From the NCBI GenBank assembly GCA_023269615.1, contig JAHFSY010000008.1, positions 68,052 through 132,051 of the forward strand: a DNA stretch of 64,000 bases, given 5' to 3'. This DNA comes from Verrucomicrobiota bacterium (GTDB lineage: Bacteria; Verrucomicrobiota; Verrucomicrobiia; JABWAM01). Positions 38,405 to 47,400 of the stretch are shown here, in pieces; position 1 is the stretch's first letter; each line of letters starts with the position of its first letter. The notes under the pieces are model-generated. The model saw nothing but the letters and a program-made list of their open reading frames with translations. It was not told the DNA's origin and made no database searches. A program made the translations under genes and the position numbers.

Positions 38405-39535
38405 TCATCCCGCTTCGGATGCCGCCTTGATCAACTCCTCCTCCGTCCATGGCTGGCCCTTGGGGGTACGGACATTGGGCAGCGCGGACATGCGCTTGAT
38501 GAGGTCGTCCTTCACCACGCACTTCTGGTATGCCTCCATCGGTTCCACCATTCCCTTGGACACATAATCGAGGAGCGAATCGTTGAGCGAACACATGCCC
38601 TCCTTTCGCCCGGTCTGGATCAGCATCGGGATCTGGTGAATCTTGCCCTCGCGGATGTTGGCGCCAAGGGCATGGCTGCCCATCAGAATCTCCAGGGCGG
38701 CCACGCGGCCTCCACCCTTCTTCTTGCAAAGCGTCTGGGCGATGACACCCTTCAAACCCTCGGCAAGGCCCGAACGCACCTGCTGCTGTTGCTCGGTCGG
38801 AAACTGGTTGATCAAACGGTCCACGGTCTGCGCCGCCGTGGTCGTGTGCAGCGTTCCAAACACAAGGTGGCCCGTCTCCGCCGTCTCGAGGGCGATCATG
38901 ATCGTCTCCAGGTCGCGCATTTCACCGACGAGCACGATGTCGGGGTCCTCGCGCAACGCGGCGCGCAGCGCGCGCTTGAAACTGCCGGTGTGCTCGTGCA
39001 CCTCGCGTTGGTTGACGAGGCACTTCTTGTTGGGATGCACAAACTCGATCGGGTCCTCGATCGTGAGGATGTGGTCCTCTCGGCTGTCATTGATGAAATC
39101 AATCATCGCCGCCAGCGTGGTGGATTTTCCGCTGCCCGTGGGGCCCGTCACAAGGACCAATCCCTTGGTAAGGAAACAAAGTTTCTTGATGGGTTCCGGC
39201 AGGTGCAGATCGGCAAAGGTCAGGATTTTTGATGGAATCAGGCGGAAGACGGCGCCGATGCCCTTGCGGTCGGCAAAAATATTGCAGCGATAACGAGCCA
39301 CGCCTTCGAGCGAATAGGCGAAATCGGTGTCCTTGCATTCCTCCCATTCCTGGCGGTTGCGCTCGGGAAGGATCTCGTAGATGAGGGACTTGACGATGTC
39401 GGTGGTGAAAAGCTGGTCGCTCACAGCCGTCATGGTCCCCGAAATGCGGAACATCGGAAAATGCTCGCTGGAAAGGTGAAAGTCGGAGGCCTTTTGTTCA
39501 ACCATCGCGCGAAAGTAATCATCGAGTGCAGCCAT
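38405..39535 (-). CDS. pilT: type IV pilus retraction ATPase, PilT/PilU family (paralog 1)
   Basis: PilT N-terminal domain (ASDFHL), Walker A GPTGSGKSTT, Asp box, Walker B and His box. Start chosen at MAALDDYF. Confidence 0.85.
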   Translation of the reverse strand: MAALDDYFRAMVEQKASDFHLSSEHFPMFRISGTMTAVSDQLFTTDIVKSLIYEILPERNRQEWEECKDTDFAYSLEGVARYRCNIFADRKGIGAVFRLIPSKILTFADLHLPEPIKKLCFLTKGLVLVTGPTGSGKSTTLAAMIDFINDSREDHILTIEDPIEFVHPNKKCLVNQREVHEHTGSFKRALRAALREDPDIVLVGEMRDLETIMIALETAETGHLVFGTLHTTTAAQTVDRLINQFPTEQQQQVRSGLAEGLKGVIAQTLCKKKGGGRVAALEILMGSHALGANIREGKIHQIPMLIQTGRKEGMCSLNDSLLDYVSKGMVEPMEAYQKCVVKDDLIKRMSALPNVRTPKGQPWTEEELIKAASEAG

Positions 39536-39587
39536 GAAATCAAAAATTACCAGACCACCCCGATTTGTCACCCCAAAACTGGTGTGG

Positions 39588-39793
39588 AAGCACGGATGCG
39601 GAGCCCTGGGTCCAGTTTCTCCGCAGATTAACGCAGGATCACGCAGATTTCTGAACGGCATTCAACCGTGCCATTTTCAAGCGTCACCTCGGTGGCGGTT
39701 GAAAATGACACGGTTGGGATCAAGGGCAGGCTTTGCGACTTTGCGACTTTGCGCGAAACCTTCTGAAAATCTGCGTCCATCTGCGAAATCTGC
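39588..39793. repeat. ~200-bp nested imperfect palindrome with GACTTTGCG direct repeats (MITE-like)
   Basis: Outer arms CTCCGCAGATT...CGCAGATTTC and GAAAATCTGCG...ATCTGCGGAG; inner arms CCGTGCCATTTTCAA and TTGAAAATGACACGG; three copies of GACTTTGCG; then CTTTGCGCGAAAC. Confidence 0.55.
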
Positions 39794-39826
39794 GGAGAAC
39801 CCGGGACCAAGGGCTCCGGTCCACAC

Positions 39827-40273
39827 TTACTTCGCAGCAGTGTGCTTTGCGATTTCCTCGACGTAGCGGTCGTTGGATTGCCGCAGATGATCGAGCACGG
39901 TCTTCAACAGCTGGATCGTGACGTACGCGGGCTCCTCGTTCAGGGCCCGCAACAGGACCGTGCTGGGGATTTTCGCAATGTGGACAAAGGAGGCCGCCAC
40001 CGCCGACGCGCTGCGCGGCTTGTCATCCAAAATGCCCATTTCGCCAAAATATTCCCCCTCGTTCACCGTGGCGATCGTCACGTCCTTGCCATCCTTGACG
40101 CTCTTGACCAAATCCACTTTTCCCTCGATCAGCAGGAAGACCTGGTCGGAAGGATCGCCCTCCTTGAACAGGATCGTCTTCTCATCGCAAAAAAAATCCG
40201 ACGCGTACTCGGCCAGCGACTTGGCGCGCGCCTCGCTGAAATAAGTGAAGAAGCGATGGGAGAGCAGGTTCAT
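39827..40273 (-). CDS. stand-alone cyclic-nucleotide-binding domain protein (no DNA-binding domain)
   Basis: cNMP-binding beta-roll signature (GEYFGEMGILDDKPRSASAVA). 148 aa. Confidence 0.75.
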   Translation of the reverse strand: MNLLSHRFFTYFSEARAKSLAEYASDFFCDEKTILFKEGDPSDQVFLLIEGKVDLVKSVKDGKDVTIATVNEGEYFGEMGILDDKPRSASAVAASFVHIAKIPSTVLLRALNEEPAYVTIQLLKTVLDHLRQSNDRYVEEIAKHTAAK

Positions 40274-40365
40274 GGGATTGGGGGCGTTGGATGAAGGAAC
40301 CCTAGATCATCCCACGGAAAGTTTCAAAGAAAAAGGCCTCCATCGAATACCGCACCTTCATCTTT

Positions 40366-41496
40366 TCATTTCCCCTCGGCCGAGGCCTTGACCAGCTCAT
40401 CCTCCGTCCATGCCTTTCCACCAGGCCCCCGCACATTGGGCAGATCGCCCATGCGCTTGATCAGCTCATCTTTCGCCACGGCTCGGCGGTAGGCCTCGGT
40501 GGGCTCGATGACCCCCTTGGAAACATAATCCAGCAGCGCGTCGTTCAGCGAACACATGCCTTCTTTTCGCCCGGTCTGGATCAGCATGGGAATCTGCTGG
40601 ATCTTGCCTTCGCGGATGTACGCGCTGAGCGCCGCGCTGCTGAGGAGAACCTCCATGGCGGCCACACGGGTGCCGTCTTTCGTCTTGCACAGGGTCTGGG
40701 AAATCACACCCCTTAATCCCTCAGCCAGCGCAACGCGAACCTGAGATTGCTGGTCGGAGGGGAACTGGTTGATCAGTCGGTCAATCGTGCCGGGCGCCGT
40801 CGTGGTGTGCAGCGTCCCGAATACCAGGTGCCCCGTCTCCGCGGTCTCAATCGCAATCATCACGGTCTCCAGGTCGCGCATCTCACCGATCAGCACGACA
40901 TCCGGATCCTCTCGCAGCGCCGCCCGCAGCGCGCGTTTGAAGCCGTCGGTGTGAATGTGCACCTGACGCTGGTTGACAAGGCACTTTTTGTGGGGATGAA
41001 CGTATTCGATCGGATCCTCGATCGTGATGATGTGATCGCTGCGGTTTTGATTGATGAAATCAATCAGCGTCGCAAGCGTGGTGGTTTTGCCGCACCCGCT
41101 CGGCCCCGTGGCCAGCACAAGCCCCTTCGTGAGAAAGCAAAGTTTCTTGATGCACTCGGGCAGGCGCAGCTCCTCAAAGGTAAGCACACGCGATGGAATC
41201 AGGCGGAAATTTGCCCCGATCCCATCCTTCGTCTGCGATACATTGCAGCGATAACGCCCCACATCGGGAATGGCATATGCAAAATCCGTGTCATGCATCT
41301 CCTCCCATTCGAGGCGATTGCGCTCCGGCATGATCTCGTAAATAAGCTGCTGGGCCATCTCGGCCGTCACAATTTCATCGCTGACCTTCGTGATCACCCC
41401 ATAAATGCGGAACATGGGATAATGCCCGCTGACCAGGTGAAAGTCAGACGCCGTCTGGTCCACCATCGCGCGAAAATAATCGTCAAGTGCAGCCAC
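40366..41496 (-). CDS. pilT: PilT/PilU-family ATPase (paralog 2)
   Basis: Collinear with paralog 1 (MAALDDYFRAMVDQTASDFHL...GPSGCGKTTT...). Confidence 0.85.
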   Translation of the reverse strand: MAALDDYFRAMVDQTASDFHLVSGHYPMFRIYGVITKVSDEIVTAEMAQQLIYEIMPERNRLEWEEMHDTDFAYAIPDVGRYRCNVSQTKDGIGANFRLIPSRVLTFEELRLPECIKKLCFLTKGLVLATGPSGCGKTTTLATLIDFINQNRSDHIITIEDPIEYVHPHKKCLVNQRQVHIHTDGFKRALRAALREDPDVVLIGEMRDLETVMIAIETAETGHLVFGTLHTTTAPGTIDRLINQFPSDQQSQVRVALAEGLRGVISQTLCKTKDGTRVAAMEVLLSSAALSAYIREGKIQQIPMLIQTGRKEGMCSLNDALLDYVSKGVIEPTEAYRRAVAKDELIKRMGDLPNVRGPGGKAWTEDELVKASAEGK

Positions 41497-41660
41497 GGGT
41501 GAGATCAGCTACAAGCCATAAGCTTTAAGCTGTAAGTTTCTGAATTCGGATTTGTTCTCTGCATGGTTAAAATCATTCGAAGGGCAAGTCATTGATCTGG
41601 AATAATCATATTTTCATAAAAGCTTATGGCTTAAGACGTATAGCTTACAGCTCTTTCCCC

Positions 41661-42788
41661 TCACTCCTCGGCCGCCGCCTTGATGAGGGCGTCCTCGGTC
41701 CATGGCTGCCCCTTGTGATCGCGGATGTTTGGAAGGGCCGCGATGCGCTTGATGATGTCATCCTTCACCACGGCTTTCTGGTACGCCTCGGGGGCTTCCA
41801 CGATACCCTTCGAAACGTAATCAATGAGCGAATCGTTCAGCATGCACATGCCCTCCTTGCGACCGCTCTGCATGAGCATCGGGATCTGGTGAATCTTGCC
41901 CTCGCGGATGTTCGCGCCCAGCGCGTGGCTGCCCATCAGGATCTCCAGCGCCGCCACGCGCCCGCCCCCCTTCTTCTTGCACAAGGTCTGCGCCACCACG
42001 CCCTTCAACCCCTCCGCCAGGCTCGCCCGGATCTGTGGCTGCTGCGGCGCGGGGAACTGGTTGATCAACCGGTCCACCGTGCTCGGCGCGGTGGACGTGT
42101 GCAGCGTTCCAAACACCAGGCTCCCCGTCTCCGCCGTTTCCAGGGCGATCATGATCGTCTCCAGGTCGCGCATCTCACCGACCAGCACAATGTCCGGATC
42201 CTCGCGCAACGCCGCCCGCAACGCGCTCTTGAAGCTCTTCGTATTCACGTGAACCTCCCGCTGATCCACCAGGCACTTCTTGTGCGGATGCACAAACTCG
42301 ATCGGATCCTCGATCGTGATGATGTGATCGGTCCTCGTATTATTGATGAAGTCAATCATCGCCGCCAGCGTGGTGGACTTGCCGCTGCCCGTCGGCCCGG
42401 TCACAAGCACCAGCCCCTTCGTGAGAAAACAAAGCTTCTTGATCGCCTCGGGAAGATTCAACTGCTCGAAGGTCAGGATCTTCGATGGAATCAGGCGAAA
42501 GACTCCGCCAATCCCGTACTGGTCCGCAAAGACGTTGCACCGATACCGCCCCACTCCCGTCACCTCATAGGCAAAATCCGTGTCATGCGATGTCTCCCAC
42601 TCGACCCGGTTGCGCTCGGGCAGGATTTCGTAAATCAGGCTGCGCACATCCTCCTCCGAAAATGCCTGGTCGCTCACCGGCGTCATGGTGCCGGAAATTC
42701 GGAAATTCGGAAAGGTGCCGCTGGTCAGGTGAAAGTCCGAAGCCTTCTGATCCACCATCGCTCTGAAATAGTCGTCGATCGCCGCCAT
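41661..42788 (-). CDS. pilT: PilT/PilU-family ATPase (paralog 3)
   Basis: MAAIDDYFRAMVDQKASDFHL...GPTGSGKSTT...; full length. Confidence 0.85.
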   Translation of the reverse strand: MAAIDDYFRAMVDQKASDFHLTSGTFPNFRISGTMTPVSDQAFSEEDVRSLIYEILPERNRVEWETSHDTDFAYEVTGVGRYRCNVFADQYGIGGVFRLIPSKILTFEQLNLPEAIKKLCFLTKGLVLVTGPTGSGKSTTLAAMIDFINNTRTDHIITIEDPIEFVHPHKKCLVDQREVHVNTKSFKSALRAALREDPDIVLVGEMRDLETIMIALETAETGSLVFGTLHTSTAPSTVDRLINQFPAPQQPQIRASLAEGLKGVVAQTLCKKKGGGRVAALEILMGSHALGANIREGKIHQIPMLMQSGRKEGMCMLNDSLIDYVSKGIVEAPEAYQKAVVKDDIIKRIAALPNIRDHKGQPWTEDALIKAAAEE

Positions 42789-42941
42789 GCGACAAAAGCT
42801 AAATTACACTTCAAATGAAGTCAGCCAAAAACTTCACTTTCCAGCCGGTCGGCGACCCGTGATGCAGGCATTTTTTGACAGGATTTACAGGACGAACAGG
42901 ATTTTCGGGGCGGCAATGATTGTGGCAGGATCCACGGGATT

Positions 42942-42995
42942 GCTTCGCGCACCGGATATCGGGACGCTGGCGTCCCGATATCCGGTGCGCGAAGC
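42942..42995. repeat. perfect 54-bp palindrome (25-bp arms, 2-nt centre)
   Basis: GCTTCGCGCACCGGATATCGGGACGC-TG-GCGTCCCGATATCCGGTGCGCGAAGC. It lies between the thioredoxin-like gene and pilT paralog 3. Confidence 0.7.
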
Positions 42996-43065
42996 TGGGT
43001 TGGTCTAAAATCCAGTGAATTCTGTAAATTCTGTCAAAAAAAAATCAGGAGTCCGTAGAGACAGA

Positions 43066-43824
43066 CTACTTTGCGGGGGTCTTCTTCGAGCCGGCCAGCG
43101 TGTCGGTCGTGTCCTTCAGGACCTTGTTCGGGCCCACATAGTTGCCTCCCACATAGCTGTCGGAAACCACCTTCCCCTCCGCATCCAGCAATACCAGGCA
43201 GGGGATTCCGGGGCCGCACAAGGGCTGCAGCGGAGATCCCTTGATTTCCGAAAATTGAACGGCGCTCCAGGGCATGCTCGTCTCGTTCATGTACTCCGTC
43301 TGTTTGGCTTCCGACTCGTCGCTGCTCACGAAGATCAGGTCCAGGTTCGGCGATTTGTTCGCGTTATAAAACTCCACCAGCTTGGGAGTGAAGGCGCGGC
43401 ACGGGGGACACCAGTGCGCCGAGAAATAAACCAGCACGTACTGGCTGCTGGCGATGTGCGAGAGACGGTCCGCGGACAGCTTCTGGCCACCCGCCGCAAC
43501 CAGCGAGTCCCGAACGTCTTTGTAAAGCTTCGACGCCCCAAATCCCTTCACCGCCTTGCCGCCGCCCTTGCCGACATCCGACCCGAGGCACAACGCGGAA
43601 ATGACCTTGCCATCCGGAGCCTTGAATTTCGCAATGACCATTCCATCCGAAGCCACCGTGTCACCCACCTCCAGGTCACTCCCCGCCTTGAACTCCCCGA
43701 TCTGCTTGGAGGAATTACTGATGTCGAACGCGGGAACGGCTTGCTCGCAATGAAACGTCCCGGCGCGGGCAATTCCAATCCCGAGGCAAAGCAACGCCAG
43801 GATCACCCCATGTAGCTGCTTCAT
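43066..43824 (-). CDS. secreted thioredoxin-fold protein (TlpA/ResA-like thiol:disulfide oxidoreductase)
   Basis: Signal peptide and a WCPPC CxxC motif in a thioredoxin context. Confidence 0.7.
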   Translation of the reverse strand: MKQLHGVILALLCLGIGIARAGTFHCEQAVPAFDISNSSKQIGEFKAGSDLEVGDTVASDGMVIAKFKAPDGKVISALCLGSDVGKGGGKAVKGFGASKLYKDVRDSLVAAGGQKLSADRLSHIASSQYVLVYFSAHWCPPCRAFTPKLVEFYNANKSPNLDLIFVSSDESEAKQTEYMNETSMPWSAVQFSEIKGSPLQPLCGPGIPCLVLLDAEGKVVSDSYVGGNYVGPNKVLKDTTDTLAGSKKTPAK

Positions 43825-43829
43825 GGCGG

Positions 43830-44267
43830 CTACTTCTTGAGCTTCTCCAACTCGGCCACAAACGCCGAAGGCCCGCCCTGCATGTAACCAAGCTGGCCGA
43901 TTTGTTTTCCCTCGGAATCCAGCACGATCACCGTCGGAAAACCCTCGACCTTGTATTCCTGCATCAGCTTTTCATTCTGCTTCGTGAGGAGCTGGGTGAG
44001 CTTTTTCTTCTGCGGAAAGTCGAGTTTCAGGAGAACAAGATTCTTGTCTGCGTATTCCTTGAAATCCTTCTGGTCAAAAACCTCCTTGTCGAGCTTGATG
44101 CACCATCCGCACCAGTCCGACCCCGTGAAATCCATCACGACCATCTTCTTGTCAGCCTTCGCCTTTTCAAGCGCCTTGGCGTGGTCCGTCATCCATCCAT
44201 CATCCCCCGCCATGAGAGAGGAACTAAACACCGTCAAAGCAAGCAGAGTCATAAACCGATTTTTCAT
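43830..44267 (-). CDS. secreted thioredoxin-like protein
   Basis: Signal peptide MKNRFMTLLALTVFSSSLMA and a WCGWC motif. The ORF extends to 44336. Confidence 0.65.
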   Translation of the reverse strand: MKNRFMTLLALTVFSSSLMAGDDGWMTDHAKALEKAKADKKMVVMDFTGSDWCGWCIKLDKEVFDQKDFKEYADKNLVLLKLDFPQKKKLTQLLTKQNEKLMQEYKVEGFPTVIVLDSEGKQIGQLGYMQGGPSAFVAELEKLKK

Positions 44268-44360
44268 AAAGGCCTTTCGATTGAATGTTGTATCGGGGTA
44301 GCCTAAACGAGAAAGCAGTCCTGTCAAGCATCCCAAGGCTTACGCATCTAAGAACGGGAA

Positions 44361-44390
44361 GCCACGGATGAACACGGATGAAACACAGAT
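44361..44390. repeat. solo copy of the CACGGATGAAACACGGAT motif (GCCACGGATGAACACGGATGAAACACAGAT)
   Basis: It lies upstream of the thioredoxin-like gene and downstream of the giant gene. Confidence 0.5.
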
Positions 44391-44427
44391 AAGCCAGTGC
44401 TTGGCACGCCAATGGTTCCCACAAACA

Positions 44428-47400
44428 TCATTCCTTGGCCCCCGCTTGTTTCAGGGCATCTGCAATATCCGCGCGCTTGATCCGGATGGCGATGGAAAGC
44501 GGCGTTTCACCTCTTTGACTCCGGGCGCGGGCGTCCGCGCCGGCCTTGAGCAGTAACCGTACGATCAGCAGGTCTCCCTGTTCCACCGCAGCCATCAACG
44601 GGGTTGTCCCATCGGAATCAGATACGTTCGGTTTAGCCCCCTTCTCCAGAAGCAGCATAAGGAGCTCAGGATGTTTGCGCGTGATGGCGCTCAGGAGCAT
44701 CCGCCCTCCCAAACCTTTTACGTCCGCCCCCGTGTTGATCGCCGCTTCCGCCTTCTCATAACTTCCCTCCGTCACGGCGGCATCCAGGTCCGTGGATGCC
44801 TTAAACAACACATCCCCGCTTTGGGCACCTGCCTTCTTGAGAATCTCCGCGACTTCAGGGTGCCTCTGCTGTCTGGCCACATCCAGGGCTGTGCAAGGCG
44901 AAAAAATCGCGCCATTGTCATAGCAGGCGAGAAAGTCGGGGTTGGCTCCCTTGGAAAGCAGCAGTTTCACGTTTTCCGTTGCTCCGAAGGCGGCCGCATT
45001 GAAGATCGCGGTGCGTCCCCCATCGCCGCGCGAGTTCACATCGCCGCCCTGCTCAATCAAGTATTTCAACCCTTCGGATTTCTGTTGCTTGACAATTTCC
45101 TGCATGGGCGGCCCCGTCTTCGCGCCCTTGGAGATCAGGAATTTCGCAATTTCCCATTGTTGATTCAATACCGCAATGCAAAGCGGCGTCAGTCCTTCAA
45201 CCGTGCTTTCCGTCTCATTGTAAGCCATGGGCGCATCCAGTTGCGAACCACGGTCAATCAAAAACTTCGCCATCTCGAGATGTCCATTTTCCGTCACGGT
45301 ATGGAGCGCCGTGCAACTTTTGTTTGTCTTTGAATTCACGTTGGCGCCATGGGCAAGAAGCGCTTCCACCACTTCGGGATGGCAGCCATCGGCCGCAAAC
45401 ATCAGCGGCGTGCAGCCGATCCTGGACCTCGCATTTACATCCGCACCCTTTTCCAAGAGCAACTGAACCATCTCGAGGTGCCCCGCAGTTGAAGCGAAAA
45501 TGAGCGGCGTCCAATCATTCTCATTCCGCCCATCCACCTTCGCCCCCTTTACCAGCAACTCTCTGACCCCAGCCAGGTCCCCTTTCTGGGCGGCGGCAAG
45601 CAACGCCATGCCCAGATTTTCCGCAGTCACCTTCACCCCGGCCTTCTCCAACATTGTCATGATTTCCGTCTCGTTGTCCCTCTTGTTGTCCGGAGCCGTC
45701 CCTTGCGCGATGGAAAGGGCGTTCTTCCCATCCTTGTTGCTGACATTCACATCGGCACCGGCCTCGATCAGCACGCGAGAGATCGAGAGATTGGAGGATT
45801 CCACGCCGGCGAGAAACGGGGTCATTCCCTCGGCGTCAACCGCATTGAGGTTTGCGCCCTTGGCCAGCAGGAACTCAACGCTTTCCAGGTTGCCATGCCT
45901 TGCGGCAAGGATCAGAGACGTCGAGTTCTTCCCGTCGTGAGCGTCCACCTGGGCGCCACGGTCGAATGACGTTTTCAACTTCGGCACATTACCCGTTTCT
46001 GCGGCGTCCAACAGGGCCTCATCCGCAGTCTCGATAGGCGGGACGGATTTCGACAGGCCCGATTGGTGCCACCACTGCTCCCACAGGGCATAATGATCAC
46101 CAAACGCCTGGCCCGTCAGTTTCTCCAGGGCGTCAATGAGTTCATTCTGCACCGCCGGCTTGTTATACACGATAGAACCGTTGAGAAACGTGCTGGAGGC
46201 ATCGTCCGGCCTCCAAAACACCTCCAATAAATACGGAATGGCCGCCGGATCACCGATCCGGCCCATGGCCCCGGACACTTTCTCCTCGGAAAAAGCGTCT
46301 CGGGTCAGCGGTTTTGCGACAATGGGAATCAGCCTCTTCTCCGGGAAATACTTTCCGATATTGTCAACGACTTCTCGTGCGCGGGGGTTTTTCGCCGCGT
46401 CCCGCATGGTTTGATCCAGATAGGCCAGGGCATCCGAATCACCCGCCCTGCACAAGACCGCCAGCAGGATCAAATCCGCATCGTAACCGTCCTTGTAACT
46501 GCGGGACGATTTGACGATGGAAATGATTTCCGGGTCATAGTCGCCCGCCATGAGCAAATCCAATGCCGCCTCGTTGCAAGGCGGGGAATTGCGATCATTC
46601 AAGATGGCCCGAAGGCGGGGCTTCGCTTCCACGCCGCCCAGCAAAATCACCGCGCGAACGGCCTCCTGACGCACTCCAACATCCGGATCGCCGAGAAGCA
46701 CGGCCACCTGATCGAGATGATCCCTGCTTTTCAGCTTTCCAAGTTGTCTCACGGCAATACCCCTCACACGGGGTTCCGCATCCGACAAGTACCCGAGAAA
46801 GTCGGGAACGAATGATTTCAAGCAGATCTCGCCGAGGACATCCAGCGCCTCGGCACGCGCGTCCCCACTCTCGGAGCGGCTCGCCGCAATCTTGATCAGA
46901 TAGGGAACAGCCCTCTCCCTGCCTTTGACGTCCGGGTAGCGAAGGCCCCCAAGCAGAAACCGGCGTCTTTTCTTATCACCTCCCGCGTCTTGAGTAATCG
47001 CAATGAATTCATCCACATGGCCTAGACCTCCTTTCCCTCCGGAGGTTGTCACAAGCATACTTGCCTCAAATTTCTCCAGGGAAACCATGTGGGAAGGCGC
47101 GGCATGGTTGAAGCTGCGAAAATCCTCAATAGGAAGGGGCAGCACCTCGCGGGGAACGAATAAAATACACTTGTTTTGAGGGTCATATACCATGCTGGGA
47201 ATTTGCCCGTTGAAATCCGCTTCCATTTCGATGGAAGACAAGGATCTTCGGAGCACCGTCCCGTTGTCCCTCGACAACTCGAAGAGTTCGCCAAGGGAGT
47301 TGCCCACGTAAATCCTCCCCCCCAGAGCCACAGGCACGGCAATGGGTGTCCAATCCTCAAACTTCCACCGGACCTTGCCCGTGGCACGATCCAGGGCGTA

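Noticed and set aside
40747-42818. Two long plus-strand ORFs (251 and 408 aa)
   Set aside because: They are antisense to pilT paralogs 2 and 3. These are shadow ORFs.
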